Under the pieces are notes generated by a model. It did no database searches, had not been told where the DNA came from, and saw only the letters and a list, made by a program, of their open reading frames with translations. From assembly GCF_018350175.1 (NCBI RefSeq), contig NC_058368.1:212352001-212416000 (forward strand): DNA of 64,000 nucleotides. Direction: 5' to 3'. The number at the start of each line of letters is the position of its first letter. The stretch's first letter is position 1. Below, piece after piece: positions 1 to 10,745 of the stretch. The stretch comes from Felis catus (taxonomy: Eukaryota). The translations under genes and the position numbers were made by a program.

Positions 1-619
1 TTTGTTTTTTTGTTTGTGTATACAGTAAAAATAATTTATTCATTAACTAAACATGCATGAAATAGCATGTATTTTATATGGCTACATATTTTTGTATATA
101 AATGCATTTTAAATGCCTGAAAGAGCACATACCTAATCCAGTATTGCTCACATTGGAGGAAGTAGGGAGGGGACCTGGGTTAGATAGGTGGGCACGAGGA
201 CTTTGTTATCTATAATGTTTGATTTCTTTTAAAGGAGGATTTACTTATAGTTGATGTTCTTAGATATTAACTGAAAAATAATGAGTTAAAGACTTATTAA
301 ATCATATGTGAAACAGTTTTGAAGGAAGAAAAAGGAAATTGAGATAATTGGCACAAGATAGCCTTCCCCATGTCATGCTATAATTGCCTGACTAGTCTTT
401 CCCCTTGTACTTCCTCCTGCTCCTTATCACAATCCCTAGTTTACTCACCACTAAGCAAAAACTTTCCACTACTTTCCACACACTTTACTCATTCTGATCT
501 TGGGAAGAGCTGGAAACGGAAAGTCCAGAGACTGATCTTTGTGGTGTGGGGTGGTGTTCCCAGGCCTATTGTAAGATAGGCCTGGAGGCAAATGCTAATC
601 ATGTTCTTACCTACCTCTG

Positions 620-780
620 CATCCTGAGTAAATCACTGGGCTTTTAGGATTTAGTTTCCTCATCTCTTAAATATAATTTAATCTACTTTGTAAGTATTGT
701 ACTGGGGTTAAGTAGTATATTGAAAATCTCCTGCACAGTGCCTTGTACATATTTATATAGTTAGATACAGTAAATTTTAG
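620..780 (+). mobile_element. MIR SINE fragment
   Basis: Degenerate MIR core and 3' part (ttagtttcctcatctcttaaa ... gcacagtgccttgtacat). Confidence 0.55.
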
Positions 781-954
781 ATTCCTCCTTTTTCAGTGTT
801 TTATTCTTCTACACCATGTAGGAGTTGATGATTTAAAAAAAAAAAAAGTAAGAAGTGATCCTTGTCTAAGAACTCTGTAAATAGTTAAATGCAGTCAAGT
901 GGTTTGAATTCTATGATAGGAAGTACTGAAAGATGCGAAGAAAAGAGTGATACT

Positions 955-1212
955 AATAAGATAATAGCTACAATTAATCAAATGTTTATTCTGAGTTAGG
1001 CATTATGCTAAGTACTTTTTGTACTCTATTTTATTTAATTATCCCCACAACCCTTTTTTGGGATAACTATATTATCCTTGTTTTACAAGTAAGAAGATTA
1101 CAATTCATTGATGTTAAACTTCTTGCCCCAAGTCACTTATCTACTCAATAAGAGAATTGGGATTTGGTTTTGGGGTCTGCCTAACTCCAAAGCCCATGTT
1201 TTTAACCACTGC
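955..1212 (-). mobile_element. MIR SINE
   Basis: Reverse-complement MIR landmarks (ataatagctac..., attatccttgttttaca, cttgccccaagtcac, ctccaaagcccatgtttttaaccactgc). Confidence 0.75.
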
Positions 1213-1820
1213 TTGGAAGTTGAGAATAGAGACAAGAATATTTTATAAAGAAGTTTTATTAGTTCATCTATCTATCCATCCATCCAGTCATCTTTCCTTT
1301 CACATATTTCAGAAAAGATTTAAGGTAGCTTTTAGAAAATTGACATTTCAATTAAGTCTTTAAAGACACGTGTGTCAATCAGGTAGGGCTTTCTTGACAG
1401 AGGCAATAACATGGGAAGTAGTATGAAAGTTTCCATCAACAAGTAGCTTGTGTGGCCCCAGAAGGTGAAAACAGAGGCTGGAGAGGTAGATTTGGCTGGA
1501 TACCTTGACTGCAGTTTTACAAAACTGAGAATTTACTCTGTAGGCAGAGAGTAAGGATAGTTAGTGGGTGTCATAAGACAACTAGTTTCATTAACGTAAA
1601 ACCACACCTCATGCTTTGGCCCCTAATAGAGGACTTTATAAATAACATTTGGTAGTTTTCAGAAATCTAATCCAGTCTCCAAGGCTGAAGTTTTAATTCC
1701 ATAGAGGCCTGGGGAAGGAATGTACCTCATCTTGTAAAGGCCATTTCCAAGGAGGAGTTTAAAAAAAAAAATTATTTGCATATTGGAAATATAGCTGGAA
1801 TATGTTTTCATTTTGAGGGT

Positions 1821-2026
1821 TAGGGTTGCCAGATTTAGCAAATAAAAATATGGGATGCTCAGTAAAATTTGAATTTTAGGTAAATAACAATGTTTTTATT
1901 TTAAGTATGTAATATTTGGGGTATACTTATACTAAAAAATGTTTTTTATCTGAAATTCATATTTATCGGAAATCTGTTGTTTAAAATTCAAAAGCAGGGT
2001 GTTGTGTTTTTCATCAGGTGACCCTA
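1821..2026. mobile_element. MER53-like palindromic non-autonomous hAT DNA transposon
   Basis: Termini tagggttgccaga ... tcaggtgacccta are imperfect inverted repeats; internal AT-rich palindrome matches recalled MER53 consensus. Confidence 0.75.
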
Positions 2027-2809
2027 TTGAGTTGGTTACTTTGTTCTGATATATGTAAAAATCCAGATTTATTAATCTGTAGTCACTCTTTCTATAACCC
2101 CTTTTCCCAAAAAGCTGAGTTCCTGTAGGACTCAGTGCCAGAAGAAATGTATGCTGTGTACAATGTACTGCTACTTCCCACACATAGGGACCTGAAAGAA
2201 GTTGACCCCAGGGCAATGAGAAACAAAAGAGGAAAATCAAGGCATGGGTCTCTGTGAAGTCTTTTTTTTCACAGCCGACCTTGGAAGTTTTGTATCCTCC
2301 CTGTGGCCTGGCAGCCTGGCCTGAGTAGTTTAATGCTTAAATTCTTTTAAGTGATTGTGTTAGTTTCCTTTTCATAAACCTTATCTCTTCCTTGGAATGT
2401 GTTTTAGTTTGCCTGGATGGAGTTGAGTATTCTGTTGGCTCCCTGAGTCCTCACGTCGGACTCTGTTTCTGTGGGATTTTTTTCTTTGCTTATTTGCTTT
2501 AGGAAGAGGCTCACTGATAAAGGAGGGCAACCATCTGGAGGCCAGAGGATTCTCTGGTGCAGCTGCCCAGAGGGACCCTGCCTCCTCCTCAGGCTGCAAG
2601 GAGTTTACTTGTAATCATGGAATGTTTAAAACGAGAACCCCCTTAATAAGATCTATTACAATGGGGCATGGGAAGGGGTCCCTTTGACCCCCACTCAAAA
2701 TAGTTTCACATTTTGTCTATTACACATTGGTAGTTTCCCTGAAAGATCATTTGATGAAAAGATTCTGCAGCTAGAAATAAGTTATGAAACTTTTTATTAT
2801 AGCTCCCCC

Positions 2810-2925
2810 CAACCCCATTACAAATAAGGAATCTGAAGCCCAGAGAGGTGAAATGACTTAAGATAATCTAGTAGCAGAAGTGGGAAATACAAGCCCAGGT
2901 CCTCCAGCTCCCAGATGGTGCTTTT
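2810..2925 (-). mobile_element. MIR core fragment
   Basis: cccattacaaataaggaatctgaagcccagagaggtgaaatgactt is the reverse complement of the MIR core. Confidence 0.65.
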
Positions 2926-3627
2926 TATTCAAGTGTACCCAGTTCCTAACACCATAACATGAGGAATCTGTCATTCACACTATGCACATTTCAGGGCCCA
3001 AGAGTTTCTTAGCTTTCCAGTACACATGACTCCCCCTGACAACTCAAGGAAGGTTGGAGAGTGTTTTGATTGCCGCTAGGGGTGGTGGAGGCTTAAAACA
3101 TAAATACCTGGGGGAGACTAGACAGTTATCCTATTCCATCATAATAGGTAAATCTAGATAGGAGTTTGTTGCCTGAGAGAAGCATTTCATGGAGAAGAGC
3201 ACAGAACAATCTGGGAACTTACAATTGGAAGGATAGATGGATTGCTATTGGGGTAGAAATTGATCCCAACAGTGGAGGATGTGACCCTGGCATATACACT
3301 TCTTAATTTTTCTCTAGCTGGTCCTTTTGTTTTTTGTTTTGTTTTGTTTTGTTTTTAATAACCTCTGGATCTGTAAGAGATGTATGATTCTTTTTTTTCT
3401 TTTTTCCCTCTTAGGTGAGCCCTTGGCTGAGGTACAGTACTTCTGTTCTTGTAAGGTGTACTTGCCTTGTTGTAACCCTTTCCCTGAGGGATTCTCTACA
3501 TTTCTATATTAAAAACCCCAGGCAACAATAGGGAATCACTAATTCTGGGAATACAGCCCCAAATATCCTTTATGGTTCCTTATATACAGAGGAATTTACA
3601 CTGACATAAGGGAATAGAATAACAAGA

Positions 3628-3895
3628 TGATTAAGGACCTGGGTTTGGTTTCGAGCAAACCTGAATTAAAGTCCCAGCTCTGACTTTTACTAACATATGA
3701 CTTTGGGCAGACTGTTGTTTACCTCTCTGAACTCAGTTTCGTAAAATATTAAAAGAGTAGGTGTTCGGTGCGAATAATAGCCTACATGTCTTAGGAGTGC
3801 TGTGAGGCTTAAATGAGAAATATATATAAAGTGCTTTGCATACTACCTGGCAAGTAGTAAACATTCAGTTGCTGCTAGTTGTTATTATTATTATT
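3628..3895 (+). mobile_element. MIR SINE
   Basis: gtcccagctctgac..., tgactttgggcag, acctctctgaactcagtttc, tgtgaggcttaaatgag, ends in ttattattatt. Confidence 0.8.
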
Positions 3896-4244
3896 AATGC
3901 CTTTATTAATAATGTCCATAAAAATTAACTAATTTTAGTCTTCTACATCTTGATCTGGGGGTTGGTATCATTCCTATCTTTATTAAAATCTCTCTCCTAA
4001 TCAATATGCTACCTATCTTGTTTTCAATTGTGTTAAATTGTATTTCTTAAGTTCTGGTTCCAGTTTCACCTCCTTGATGAAATCTCTCACCATTCCATAC
4101 CACTTATCTCTGTCTCCTTTAATTTCCTGATTGACACATTCTCTGTGCTAAATGACCTAGAGAGCCATTTCAAACATTTTCTACATAGTCTCTTTTTTAT
4201 TATTTTCCCCATGAATGCTACAATTGGAACCATATTTGAAAGCT

Positions 4245-4590
4245 AATTTTCTTATTAAGGGAAATTTCAAACATTTCAAACATAAAAGATAGTGAAAATA
4301 GTATAATGGGCTCCATTACCCAACTTCAACAATGATCAACATTTGTCATTCTTGTTTCACCCATCTTTCTTGCTCCTAATTAATTTTGGCCAGAGTATTT
4401 TGAAGCATATCCCCAGACATCATGTAATTACATATGTAAATAGTTCATTAAGTATGTCCAAGTGATAAGGATTTTTTTTATAATTACAATGCCATCAATG
4501 TAACAAAATTAATGATAATTCCTTTTAACATTTGACACCCAGTCAATATTTGAATTTGTCTAATTGACTCAAAAATATTTTTTAGCAGTA
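4245..4590 (-). mobile_element. Ancient L1 (L1MC/L1ME-like) 3' end fragment
   Basis: aaatttcaaacat...atagtataatg...ccattacccaacttcaacaatgatcaacatt resembles reverse-strand old L1 3'UTRs. Confidence 0.5.
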
Positions 4591-5220
4591 TCTTTCTTAG
4601 CAGTATATATTATCTAAAGGGATTTTCTTTCTTCCTGTATGTCTAGAGACCTACACTGTGTTCTCATGAATGCTGGTTGATGATGCTGTTCTGATCTCTG
4701 GTCTCAGTCTTTGCCTTTGGTCTGTTCATGGCTACCCCAGCCTCAGGGATTTACCTTTCCCATGAGCCTGGACAATGGAGGGGTGAGGGGAAGTATCTTA
4801 CCTCTCCTGGATTTTGAAGGAAGGGAGAATATGAAGTCAGTAGAGAGAGAAACATGGAAAGAGTCAGAGCTAGAAACCCTGCAAGACACAGGAACTAGAA
4901 CTAGGTTAAGAAACAGATTGATTAAAAGGGATATTTAGGTTTAGCCGTTGTAGAAATTTTGTTATATTCAGATTGAAAATAGAGAGTGTTTAGTCCATTT
5001 ATAAACTCAAAATGAACTTAATTTTGAGTAAGAGGTGAAATGTGATAATAGCTGGGTCAAACAAACAAACAATTCCAAAATAACAAAATACCTAAAAGCA
5101 AGTTATTTTTCAATGAAACCCCAGGCAAAATGTTAAGAAACTAGTAGAATCACTTGCTGAAGCCCTTGAAGGCACCTAGCTATACCACTTAGATATGTCC
5201 CAGCCCTTTTAATTTTCCTT

Positions 5221-5385
5221 AGCAGTGATTCTGAGCTATCACTGTCCATTAGAATTATTAGGAGCTTTGTAAACTATTGATACTAGGCCCTCTACCCCTA
5301 TCCCTGAGGTTCTGATCTAGTCTGGGGTGGGATCCATGAGTCAGTATTTTTAAAAGCTTGTTATGTGCTTCCAAATGCACCAGCA
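5221..5385. mobile_element. MER5-like hAT-Charlie DNA transposon relic
   Basis: cagtgattct...cattagaattattaggagc...ttctgatctagtctggggtggg...gtatttttaaaagc. Confidence 0.6.
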
Positions 5386-5744
5386 TTAATGATGAATTTT
5401 ATAGTTCTTATTTCACTATTTTTCTCCCAAGTTTAATATTGTAGTTTACTGGGAAGTCCTGTGTTGTTCCTCTTTAAACACTCTTCTATAGATTCTGTAA
5501 GCTCAAATATATTATTTATTTACTTATTTTATTGTTTAAAATTTTTAAGCAGTTTTTTAACCACATTGTGCTAGTGCTTTTTGTGGATTATGTTGAGACT
5601 CTTAAACATCATTTTATTAAATTAGTCTTATGGGAAAATCATCCCATTTCAAGCTTAAAACTTTATCCAACTAGAACTCAACTGGTTTTTAATTGGACAC
5701 TGACCTGTACAGTTCTGTTCATAGTTTCATGTAGGTTAATTTTC

Positions 5745-5855
5745 TTTTTTTTTTTAATTTTTTTTTTACGTTTATTTATTTTTGAGACAGAGAGAGACAG
5801 AGAATGAATGGGGGAGGGGAGAGAGAGAGGGAGACACAGAATCCGAAACAGGCTC
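5745..5855 (-). mobile_element. CanSINE (felid type), 3' half, split by the L1 insertion
   Basis: Poly(T), tttatttatttttgagacagagagagac, (GA)n, gagacacagaatccgaaacaggctc; continues in register at 8117. SINE TSD core taggttaattttc at 5732-5744 and 8251-8263. Confidence 0.95.
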
Positions 5856-5860
5856 GATAT

Positions 5861-6779
5861 AGGAGAGGGAAGCGGCAAGATGGCGACTTAGGAGGACGCT
5901 GGGCTCACCGCGCGTCCTGCTGATCACTTAGATTCCACCTACACCTGCCTAAATAACCCAGAAAACCGCCAGAGGATTAGCAGAACGGAGTCGCCGGAGC
6001 CAAACGCAGACGAGAGGCCCACGGAAGAGGGTAGGAAGGGCAGTGAGGCGGTGCGCGCTCCACGGACTGGCGGGAGGGAGCCGGGGCGGAGGGGCGGCTC
6101 GCCGGCCAAGCAGAGCCCCCGAGTCTGGCTGGCAAAAGCGGAGGGGCCTGACGGACTGTGTTCCGACAGCAAGCGCGACTTAGCGTCTGGGAGGTCATAA
6201 GTTAACAGCTCTGCTCGGAAAGCGGGAAGGCTGGAGGACAAAGGGAGGGAGAGCTGCTGAGCCCCCTGACGACAGAGCTCAGTTTGGTGGGGAACAAAGG
6301 CGCTCACCGGCGCCATCTCCCCCGCCCATCCCCCAGCCAAAATCCCAAAGAGAACCAGTTCCTGCCAGGGAACTTGCTCGCTCCGCGCAAACACCCAACT
6401 CTGTGCTGCGGAGCCAAACCTCCGGCAGCGGATCTGACTCCCTCCCGCTGCCACAGGGCCCCTCCTGAAGAGGATCACCTAAGGAGAAGTGAGCTAAGCC
6501 TGCCCCTCCTGCCCCCGTGCACCTTGCCTACCCACCCCAGCTAATACGCCAGATCCCCAGCATCACAAGCCTGGCAGTGTGCAAGGCCACACCACCCCAC
6601 AGTGAATCCCACCCCTAGGAGAGGGGAAGAGAAGGCACACACCAGTCTGACTGTGGCCCCAGCGGTGGGCTGGGGGCAGACATCAGGTCTGACTGCGGCC
6701 CCGCCCACCGACTCCAGTTATACACCACAGCACAGGGGAAGTGCCCTGCAGGTCCTCACCACGCCAGGGACTATCCAAA
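5861..6779 (+). promoter_or_regulatory. L1 5'UTR internal promoter, CpG-island-like, with YY1-type motif
   Basis: High GC and CpG content against AT-rich flanks; caagatggcg at 5876-5885, the position where L1 5' ends carry a YY1 site. Confidence 0.8.
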
Positions 6780-7673
6780 ATGACCAAGCGGAAGAATTCC
6801 CCTCAGAAGAATCTCCAGGAAATAACAACAGCTAATGAGCTGATCAAAAAGGATTTAAATAATATAACAGAAAGTGAATTTAGAATAATAGTCATAAAAT
6901 TCATCGCTGGGCTTGAAAACAGTATACAGGACAGCAGAGAATCTTTTGCTACAGAGATCAAGGGACTAAGGAACAGTCACAAGGAGCTGAAAAGTGCTTT
7001 AAACGAAATGCATAACAAAATGGAAACCACCACAGCTCGGATTGAAGAGGCAGAGGAGAGAATAGGTGAACTAGAAGATAAAGTTATGGAAAAAGAGGAA
7101 GCTGAGAAAAAGAGAGATAAAAAAATCCAGGAGTATGAGGGGAAAATTAGAGAACTAAGTGATACACTAAAAAGAAATAATATACGCATAATTGGTATCC
7201 CAGAGGAGGAAGAGAGAGGGAAAGGTGCTGAAGGGGTACTTGAAGAAATAATAGCTGAGAACTTCCCTGAACTGGGGAAGGAAAAAGGCATTGAAATCCA
7301 AGAGGCACAGATAACTCCCTTCATACGTAACTTGAATCGATCTTCTGCACGACATATCATAGTGAAACTGGCAAAATACAAGGATAAAGAGAAAATTCTG
7401 AAAGCAGCAAGGGGTAAACGTGCCCTCACATATAAAGGGAGACCTATAAGACTCGTGACTGATCTCTCTTTTGAAACTTGGCAGGCCAGAAAGAATTGGC
7501 ACGAGATTTTCAGGGTGCTAGACAGAAAAAATATGCAGCCGAGAATCCTTTATCCAGCAAGTCTGTCATTTAGAATAGAAGGAGAGATAAAGGTCTTCCC
7601 AAACAAACAAAAACTGAAGGAATTTGTCACCACTAAACCAGCCCTACAAGAGATCCTAAGGGGGACCCTGTGA
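6780..7673 (+). CDS. LINE-1 ORF1 protein (coiled coil, RRM, CTD), 297 aa, intact
   Basis: ATG at 6780 (MTKRKNSPQK...), coiled-coil region, LKRNNIRIIGIPEEEE, ARHIIVKL, QARKNW, ILYPA, ending KPALQEILRGTL; no internal stop. Confidence 0.93.
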   Translation: MTKRKNSPQKNLQEITTANELIKKDLNNITESEFRIIVIKFIAGLENSIQDSRESFATEIKGLRNSHKELKSALNEMHNKMETTTARIEEAEERIGELEDKVMEKEEAEKKRDKKIQEYEGKIRELSDTLKRNNIRIIGIPEEEERGKGAEGVLEEIIAENFPELGKEKGIEIQEAQITPFIRNLNRSSARHIIVKLAKYKDKEKILKAARGKRALTYKGRPIRLVTDLSFETWQARKNWHEIFRVLDRKNMQPRILYPASLSFRIEGEIKVFPNKQKLKEFVTTKPALQEILRGTL

Positions 7674-7723
7674 GACAAAGTCCCAGAGACATCACTACAA
7701 GCATAAAACATACAGACATCACA

Positions 7724-8137
7724 ATGACTCTAAACCCGTATCTTTCTATAATAACACTGAATGTAAATGGATTAAATGCACCAACCAAAAGACATAGGGT
7801 ATCAGAATGGATAAAAAACCAAGACCCATCTATTTGCTGTCTACAAGAGACTCATTTTAGACCTGAGGACACCTTTAGATTGAGAGTGAGGGGATGGAGA
7901 ACTATTTATCATGCGACTGGAAGCCAAAAGAAAGCTGGAGTAGCCATACTTATATCAGACAAACTAGACTTTAAAGTAAAGGCTGTAACAAGAGATGAAG
8001 AAGGACATTATATAATAGTTACAGGGTCTATCCATCAGGAAGAGCTAACAATTATAAATGTCTATGCGCCGAATACCGGAGTCCCCAAATATATAAAACA
8101 ATTACTCATAAACATAAGAATCCGAAACAGGCTCTAG
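7724..8137 (+). pseudogene. Truncated LINE-1 ORF2 (N-terminal part of APE-type endonuclease), reads into SINE and stops
   Basis: MTLNPYLSIITLNVNGLN...CCLQETH...NVYAPN; L1 homology ends about 8116-8118 before the GDFN motif; TAG at 8135-8137 lies in SINE sequence. Confidence 0.92.
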
Positions 8138-8247
8138 GCTCTGAGCCGTCAGCCCAGAGCCCAACGCGGGGCTCGAACTCACGGACTGTGAGATCGTGAC
8201 CTGAGCCGAAGTCGGTCGCCCAACCGACTGAGCCACCCAGGCGCCCC
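8117..8247 (-). mobile_element. CanSINE (felid type), 5' half
   Basis: ggctctgagccgtcagcccagagccc...gggctcgaactc...gactgagccacccaggcgcccc is the reverse complement of the tRNA-derived head with A/B boxes. Confidence 0.95.
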
Positions 8248-8294
8248 ACATAGGTTAATTTTCATACTCAATAGCATTATAAGCTTTTTGAGGG

Positions 8295-8770
8295 AAGATT
8301 GGGTTTGAGTGCAAGTGATCAAAAACCCAAAATAATAGTTGCTTAAACAAACAAACAAAAAGTTTATTTCTCTCTCATGTGTAAATTGAATGTGGGTCTG
8401 GCATGATTTTCCATGATTTTAGATGCCTAGGATCCTTCTATTGTGCTTCTCTGCCAAGTGAGTCTTCTATTTTTATGGTTATTATGTAGTCCAAGATGAA
8501 GGCAAAAGCTATCCATGATGTCCACATTGCAGCAACAGAAAGGAAGTAGGAAAAGGAAGAGGAAAGCTCCTTCCCTTTAAGGACATTTCTTAAAAGTAAT
8601 TTAGTTCACTTGCTTATACCCAACTAGCCAAACCTTGGAACTTGGCCTCAAGGGAGGTTGGGAAACATAGTCTTTATTATGAGTGCCTTAAGACCAGGCA
8701 GAAATGGAGGGTACTTCACTTAGGTAGAAAGAAAGAAAAGATATTGGGCGATAGTCAGCAATCCCTATCT
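8295..8770 (-). mobile_element. MLT1-type MaLR solo LTR (ancient)
   Basis: gcttaaacaa...agtttatttctctctcat, ccaagatg, caagggaggttgggaaacatagtcttta, gatattggg. Confidence 0.6.
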
Positions 8771-9470
8771 AAAGAGTAATGACCAAGTCTTATATTGTTT
8801 TGTATACCTGATATGCCGACCCCAATTGCATATGCAGTAGATACCCAACAGGTAGTTATCAATTGATTCCACTTAGAAGGGATTGTTTTCTATTATTTAA
8901 AAAAAATACGTATTTTACTCATATAACTTACTGATATAGTGGCCTATCTTGGGTTTCTAAGTGCCATTTTATTAAATTGTTCCCATAATGCATCATATTT
9001 TAAGTTGCAGACTTCATCTAATTAGTGATAGACTTCTAGATCTAATTGGTTTATTTGTTTTAATATTGCTCACAACTCAGTGTTACTATTCTATGTAAAA
9101 TCCTTGTAAAAGTTTGTATGAGTGTGTGTATTTTCCTGAGGGTAGAGGTTGGTTCATAGTGTGTATCAGATTCCTTAGTAAATCTGAATCCCATAAAACA
9201 TTAAGAATCACTGGTGTAAACTAAGAAATAATATGGGCAGTTTGATTTCTAGCTAGTAATTTTGCCAAGTTTTTACTTCTTATTATCATTTGTTACTCTA
9301 GTAATCTGTTCTTTCTTAAGTAATATGATTATTCTAGTAATCTGATTACCCTGGTAATCTGTTCTTTCTTAATATATAAAGTTATTTAAAATTTTTTAGA
9401 GGGGCTGAATATTCAAAGATACACTCTTGGTCTCTTTTTTTTCAAATAAATTGTAATACTCTAATTGCTT

Positions 9471-9690
9471 TTTAAAAAAATTTTTTTAATGATTTTATTT
9501 ATTTTTCAGACAGAGACAGAGCATGAGCAGGGGAGGGGCAGAGAGAGAGAGGGAGACACAGAATCTGAAGATGGCTCCAGGCTCTGAGCTGTCAGCACAG
9601 AGCCCGACGTGGGGCTCAAACTCACAGACTGTGAGATTGTGACCTGAGCTGAAGTCGGACACTTAACCGACTGAGCCACTCAGGTGCCCC
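9471..9690 (-). mobile_element. CanSINE
   Basis: Full reverse-strand SINE ending caggtgcccc; tctaattgctt duplicated on both sides. Confidence 0.93.
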
Positions 9691-9725
9691 AATTCTAATT
9701 GCTTATTTTAAAAGTGTGGGTTTTG

Positions 9726-10729
9726 CTATTGGGATTACATCAAAATAAAAAGCTTTTTCACAGTTAAGGAAACCATCAACAAAACAAGAAGACAGCCCAC
9801 TGAATGAGAAAAGATATTTGCAAATGATACATATGTTAAGGGGTTAATATCCAAAATATGTAAAGAACTTATACAAACAACACCAAAAAAAAAAAAAATA
9901 CAATTAAAAAACGGACAGAAGCTATGAGCAGGACATTTTTCCAAAGAAGGCATACAGATGGCCAACAGACACATGGAGAGATACTCAACATCACCAATCA
10001 CCAGGGAAATGCAAATCAAAACCACAGTGAGATATCACCTTGTATCTCTCATAATGGCTAGAATCAACAAGAAAGAACAAGTGTTTGGCAAAGACATGGA
10101 GAAAAAGGAACCCTCATGCACTGTTGGTGGGAATGCAAACTGGTGTATCCACTGTGAAAACAGTAAGGAGGTTCCTCAAAAAAATAAAAATAGAATTACC
10201 ACATGCTCCAGTAAATTCCACTGTTATTTACCCAAAGAAAATAAAAACATTAATTTGAAAAGATATATGCACCCCTGTGTTTATTGCAGCATTATTCACA
10301 ATAGCCAGATAGCTATGGAAGCAACCCAAGTGTCTATGCATAGATGAATGGATAAAGACTGTATGGTGAAATATATATGTGATGGAATATTACTCATCCA
10401 TAGAACAGAATGAGTCTTGCCATTTGCAGCAACATGGATGGATCTATATATGGTATAGATCAAATATAGAATTTAAGAAACAAAAGAAATGAACAAAGAA
10501 AAAAAAGAGACAAACAACACAGACTCTTAAATATAGAAAACAAACTGGTGTTTGCCAGGGGGGATGGGCGAATGGGTGAAGTTGTTGTAGGGGATTAAGA
10601 GAACACTTACTGTGATGAGCAGTGAGCAATGCATAGAATTATTGAATCACTGTACTGTATACTTGAAACTAATATAGCACTGTATATTAATTATACTGGA
10701 ATTAAAAAATAATAAATAAAGATTTTAAA
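9726..10729 (+). mobile_element. 5'-truncated carnivore LINE-1 (ORF2 C-terminus, 3'UTR, A-rich tail)
   Basis: Decayed ORF2 end (MANRHM...[23 protein letters not shown]), 3'UTR, aataaa; TSD aaaagtgtgggttttg (9710-9725) and aaaagtttggattttg (10730-10745). Confidence 0.9.
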
Positions 10730-10745
10730 AAAAGTTTGGATTTTG

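Larger units (their letters stand above)
5856..8116 (+). mobile_element. Young felid LINE-1, 5'-complete and 3'-truncated (5'UTR + ORF1 + start of ORF2), no poly(A)
   Basis: CpG-rich 5'UTR, intact ORF1, ORF2 endonuclease start; flanked by perfect 18-bp direct repeats agaatccgaaacaggctc at 5838-5855 and 8117-8134. Confidence 0.95.

Noticed and set aside
6977..7502. Antisense ORFs of 150 and 111 aa over L1 ORF1
   Set aside because: Shadow frames of the purine-rich ORF1 with Ser/Phe/Leu low-complexity translations.
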